From a virus (taxonomy: Duplodnaviria; Caudoviricetes): 64,000 nucleotides of DNA. The translations under genes were made by a program, and so were the position numbers. The stretch is taken from positions 46,940 through 110,939 of IMG/VR virus record IMGVR_UViG_3300031998_000031; one strand, 5' to 3'. Under the pieces are notes generated by a model that saw only the letters and a list, made by a program, of their open reading frames with translations, was not told the origin of the DNA and did not search any database. Below, one piece after another: positions 61,258-64,000 of this stretch. Positions within the stretch are counted from its first letter, which is position 1. Each line of letters begins with the position of its first letter.

Positions 61258-61476
61258 ATGCAAGAGCTTAAACCTTGCCCGTTTTGTGGTGGTGAGGCAA
61301 AATTAATACGCAAAGAAATAAAAGGAACAGAACATTGTTTTATTCAATGCATGGAGTGCGGTGGTGCATCAGGAATGTTTACTGTAAAGGCTGGGCTTAT
61401 ATCACCAAGAGCAAAAGTATCTGATAGTTACTTTTCACAAGTGCGTGAGGCTTGGAACAGGAGGACTGACCCATGA
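61258..61476 (+). CDS. Lar-family zinc-ribbon protein
   Basis: 'ELKPCPFCGGEA...C.ECG...AWNRR'. Confidence 0.75.
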   Translation: MQELKPCPFCGGEAKLIRKEIKGTEHCFIQCMECGGASGMFTVKAGLISPRAKVSDSYFSQVREAWNRRTDP

Positions 61477-61700
61477 AGGTTTTAAAGCCTTGTCCGCATT
61501 GTGGAGGGATAAAGCTATCCACGCCAGACGTTAGAAAGATAGGCAACCTTTACGACGACCTTTACGAAGCAAGTATTTTTTGCCTTAACGTAGTTGAGTG
61601 TGGTGCTGGAATGGAAGTTGTTGATGTATCGAAACAGGCCGCTCTCGATAGGTTAGCAAGGCAATGGAACAGGAGGGCTAACAATGGGCAAGCGATATAA
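61473..61700 (+). CDS. Lar-family zinc-ribbon protein
   Basis: 'LKPCPHCG...CGA...WNRR'. Confidence 0.65.
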   Translation: MKVLKPCPHCGGIKLSTPDVRKIGNLYDDLYEASIFCLNVVECGAGMEVVDVSKQAALDRLARQWNRRANNGQAI

Positions 61701-62867
61701 GCCTGAAATAAAACAAAGCGAAACGGAAACTTTTACGGCAAGTAATATTCCATACGGGCATCTAAACATAGTCGAGTGTCCGCAATGCGGGAGACATTTA
61801 TTCTCATACTATGACGGGGATATGGTTGAGAGACCCGACCGATTTCAGATAGCAGAAGATTTGAATTATTGTAGCAAATGTGGAATATTGCTTGACCTTG
61901 ATAAATGGAAACATACAAGGGACAAATATGTTTTCGATAACGAAGATGTGAAATGGGAGGACTGAATAAATATGATAGATGCTTTAACATTTCAAAATGA
62001 ATTAAGCAGAATGTGCAAAGCCTTCGACGGTTGCCTTGAGGGTTGCCCTGCTCATAAGTATTGCTTCCTTAACCTGTCAGAAGGAGATAACGAAAGTCAC
62101 CGCAAGCTGATTGAGGTTGTCGAACAATGGAGCAAAGAGAATCCTCAAAAGACAAGAGCAGATAAGTTTAAGGAAGTATTCGGTGTCAGTAAAGAAGAAC
62201 TAATGACTGGATATTCTTGCGGATATAGCCAATTGGGTATGCCTAAAGTTTGGTGGAATGCACCTTACGAAGCACTGAAGGAAGTAATTCATGAGTAATA
62301 ATTGGAAAAGCATGAACTATTGTATGGATTGTGAGTATTGCGTATACAGTAATACTGGCTCGTGGATGCATCTTAAATGCAGGCTTAAACCTGAACATTT
62401 TATTGATATGGACATATTCAGGGCTCCTTATGAGACGGTAGTGGCATGGGCAAATTCGCCTTATGAGACGTCAGTGGGTGAAGGGAGGGACCTATGATTG
62501 AATTGAATAACTATCTCGAACCAGAGCTCCTTTGTGATGGATGCGAAGGCTCTGACTCAGTCCAGAGCATCATCGTTAGACGTGCCGGGATAAGGCAGGA
62601 TGTGGCTATCGAAATACATCTTTGCAAAAAGTGTCGAGGGTTTTTGAGAGATAAGCTGGAAGAGGAGCTTGGCAAAAGACTGTGGCTCCCGATACGAAAG
62701 AGAGCTCAGATTTCCCCGGCAAGCTTTGAATATAAGGAATTCATCGTCACCGGTGAGCAGGTCTTGAAACTGGTTGAAGAAAATGAAAGGCTCAAAAAAG
62801 AGCGTAAGGAGCTGCTCGATGATTATAATGTGCTGGATTGTGATGGTGGTTATAATTAGGAGGAAGC

Positions 62868-63323
62868 ATGGATATAAACAAGCGGATTAAGATAGCTATA
62901 AAACGTTCAGGTATGACATATGAGCAATTATCACAGCATATAGGCGTGAGCAGGGGGACCATATCCTCACTTGCTTCACGTAACTACTATCCATCCATTC
63001 CGACGCTAATAAAGCTCTGTAAAATTCTTGGCATGTCGGCTGATTATATTCTGGGCCTTTCCGAGTGTGAGGAAAGGTGTGAAAATTGCGGCTGCATGAA
63101 GCGTTTAATGTTTACTAATAATGGGGACCCTGAAGTGAGGTTCTTCTGCACAAAGGATGCTCGCCAGCTTGTTGAGGTCTCTTTGAAAGATTCCTGCAAA
63201 GACTTCTGTGAATGGTGCGATTCAGATGATGCGTTGGAGAATAGCAGCATCGCTCGCGTTAAAGTAGACAAAAAACGGGTCTCGCCGTTAACGGTGGATG
63301 AACCTCATGTGGGCTCTATGTAG
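62868..63323 (+). CDS. XRE-family HTH regulator with Cys-rich C-terminus
   Basis: 'GMTYEQLSQHIGVSRGTIS......PSIPTLIKLCKILGMSADYILGL'. Confidence 0.8.
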   Translation: MDINKRIKIAIKRSGMTYEQLSQHIGVSRGTISSLASRNYYPSIPTLIKLCKILGMSADYILGLSECEERCENCGCMKRLMFTNNGDPEVRFFCTKDARQLVEVSLKDSCKDFCEWCDSDDALENSSIARVKVDKKRVSPLTVDEPHVGSM

Positions 63324-63343
63324 TATTATGGTGTTGAATTTAT

Positions 63344-63610
63344 ATGGAAAAAGAACGGAAGGTCCGGCTGGACGATAAATATGTGCTTTGTTCTGACCAG
63401 CATTGCTGGTGGGTAGAACGGAATGAAGCTGCCAAGGGGAAAAAACCGCTGATGAGACGATGCAGTGGATACTGTACCACATTTGCAGAAGCTATCAATT
63501 CTTGCCTTGAATTTCGGCTCAGGGATGCCGAGGCGGCTGACCTTGCAGAATTAAGGCATGAGATATGGAAAGTCAAGCGCGATGTGAGGTCGTGGAAATG
63601 TAAGGTGTAG
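63344..63610 (+). CDS. Hypothetical protein
   Basis: 88-aa ORF in operon orientation. Confidence 0.55.
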   Translation: MEKERKVRLDDKYVLCSDQHCWWVERNEAAKGKKPLMRRCSGYCTTFAEAINSCLEFRLRDAEAADLAELRHEIWKVKRDVRSWKCKV

Positions 63611-63744
63611 TGGTGTAAACTTGATTTGCCGCCTGAAATCGTCGATTTGAAGGGATTTAGCTACCATGTTAATGCAAATATCCACCATGAATGTAAACGG
63701 TTCTATTTGAGGCGTTTTTCGCCCTAATGTAAGGAGGTAAAAAG

Positions 63745-63960
63745 ATGTCTGCACTCACGGAAGCCGCTGATTGCATTGCAACCAAAATAGATATGGCTCT
63801 TGCTCAGATAGAGGCATTCGAGGAGACATATCTGCCCGTCATCCAAAATTCTGAGGATGAAAGAGCCGGACGTGCGATTAGTATGTTCTATGCCATAAAA
63901 GAAAATATCGAAGCGATAGAAAAGTCGACTATAGACCTGTGCGAAACTATAATAAAGTAG
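63745..63960 (+). CDS. Hypothetical helical protein
   Basis: AAGGAGGT RBS; followed by terminator. Confidence 0.65.
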   Translation: MSALTEAADCIATKIDMALAQIEAFEETYLPVIQNSEDERAGRAISMFYAIKENIEAIEKSTIDLCETIIK

Positions 63961-63965
63961 GCGAT

Positions 63966-64000
63966 TGGAAGCCTGCCTTTTCGGCAGGTTTCCATTTTTG
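63966..64000 (+). terminator. Intrinsic terminator
   Basis: TGGAAGCCTGCC / GGCAGGTTTCCA plus T run. Confidence 0.8.

Larger units (their letters stand above)
50456..62859 (+). other. Dense array of several dozen translationally coupled small accessory genes
   Basis: ORFs of 50-170 aa whose last codons often contain the next RBS; recurring paralogous motifs. Confidence 0.7.

Noticed and set aside
62420-62480. Short direct repeat CCTTATGAGACG..AGTGG
   Set aside because: Two copies inside a small ORF encoding a PYET duplication; no evidence of a separate function
733-63754. Minus-strand and alternate-frame ORFs in the track (e.g. 23940-24821, 5037-5747, 21473-22081, 27851-28489, ORFs over 42775-44224)
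   Set aside because: They overlap well-supported + strand genes or RNA genes, and lack recognisable motifs

Overview
A 64-kb segment of a large contractile-tailed bacteriophage. The host is probably a Clostridia/Firmicutes species (GGAGG ribosome-binding sites, sigma-A-type promoters). All credible genes lie on the + strand and use the standard code. Order: baseplate and tail-fibre genes (1-7 kb); a 14-kb tandem array of modular fibre-like genes, seven of which carry Cys-rich BspA/TpLRR-type leucine-rich-repeat domains (7-21 kb); a GT2 glycosyltransferase; an HTH-led cassette of unknown function; a zincin metallopeptidase with a small partner; the lysis module (27-29.5 kb); then about 34 kb of small accessory genes punctuated by seven copies of one strong promoter. 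That region includes dUTPase, a MazG-like protein, Lar-like and DUF551-like zinc-ribbon proteins and an XF1762/Mom-like protein. It also contains a 3.3-kb RNA island with rtcB, seven apparently intact tRNAs, three chimeric tRNAs and four copies of an unusual tRNA-shaped scaffold RNA. That scaffold has a conserved D arm, a 6-bp T arm, an extended acceptor helix, no CCA, and unrelated structured cargo in place of the anticodon arm. The two best candidates for undescribed biology are this scaffold-RNA/RtcB island and the LRR fibre array. All family assignments come from motif recognition by eye, not from database searches.
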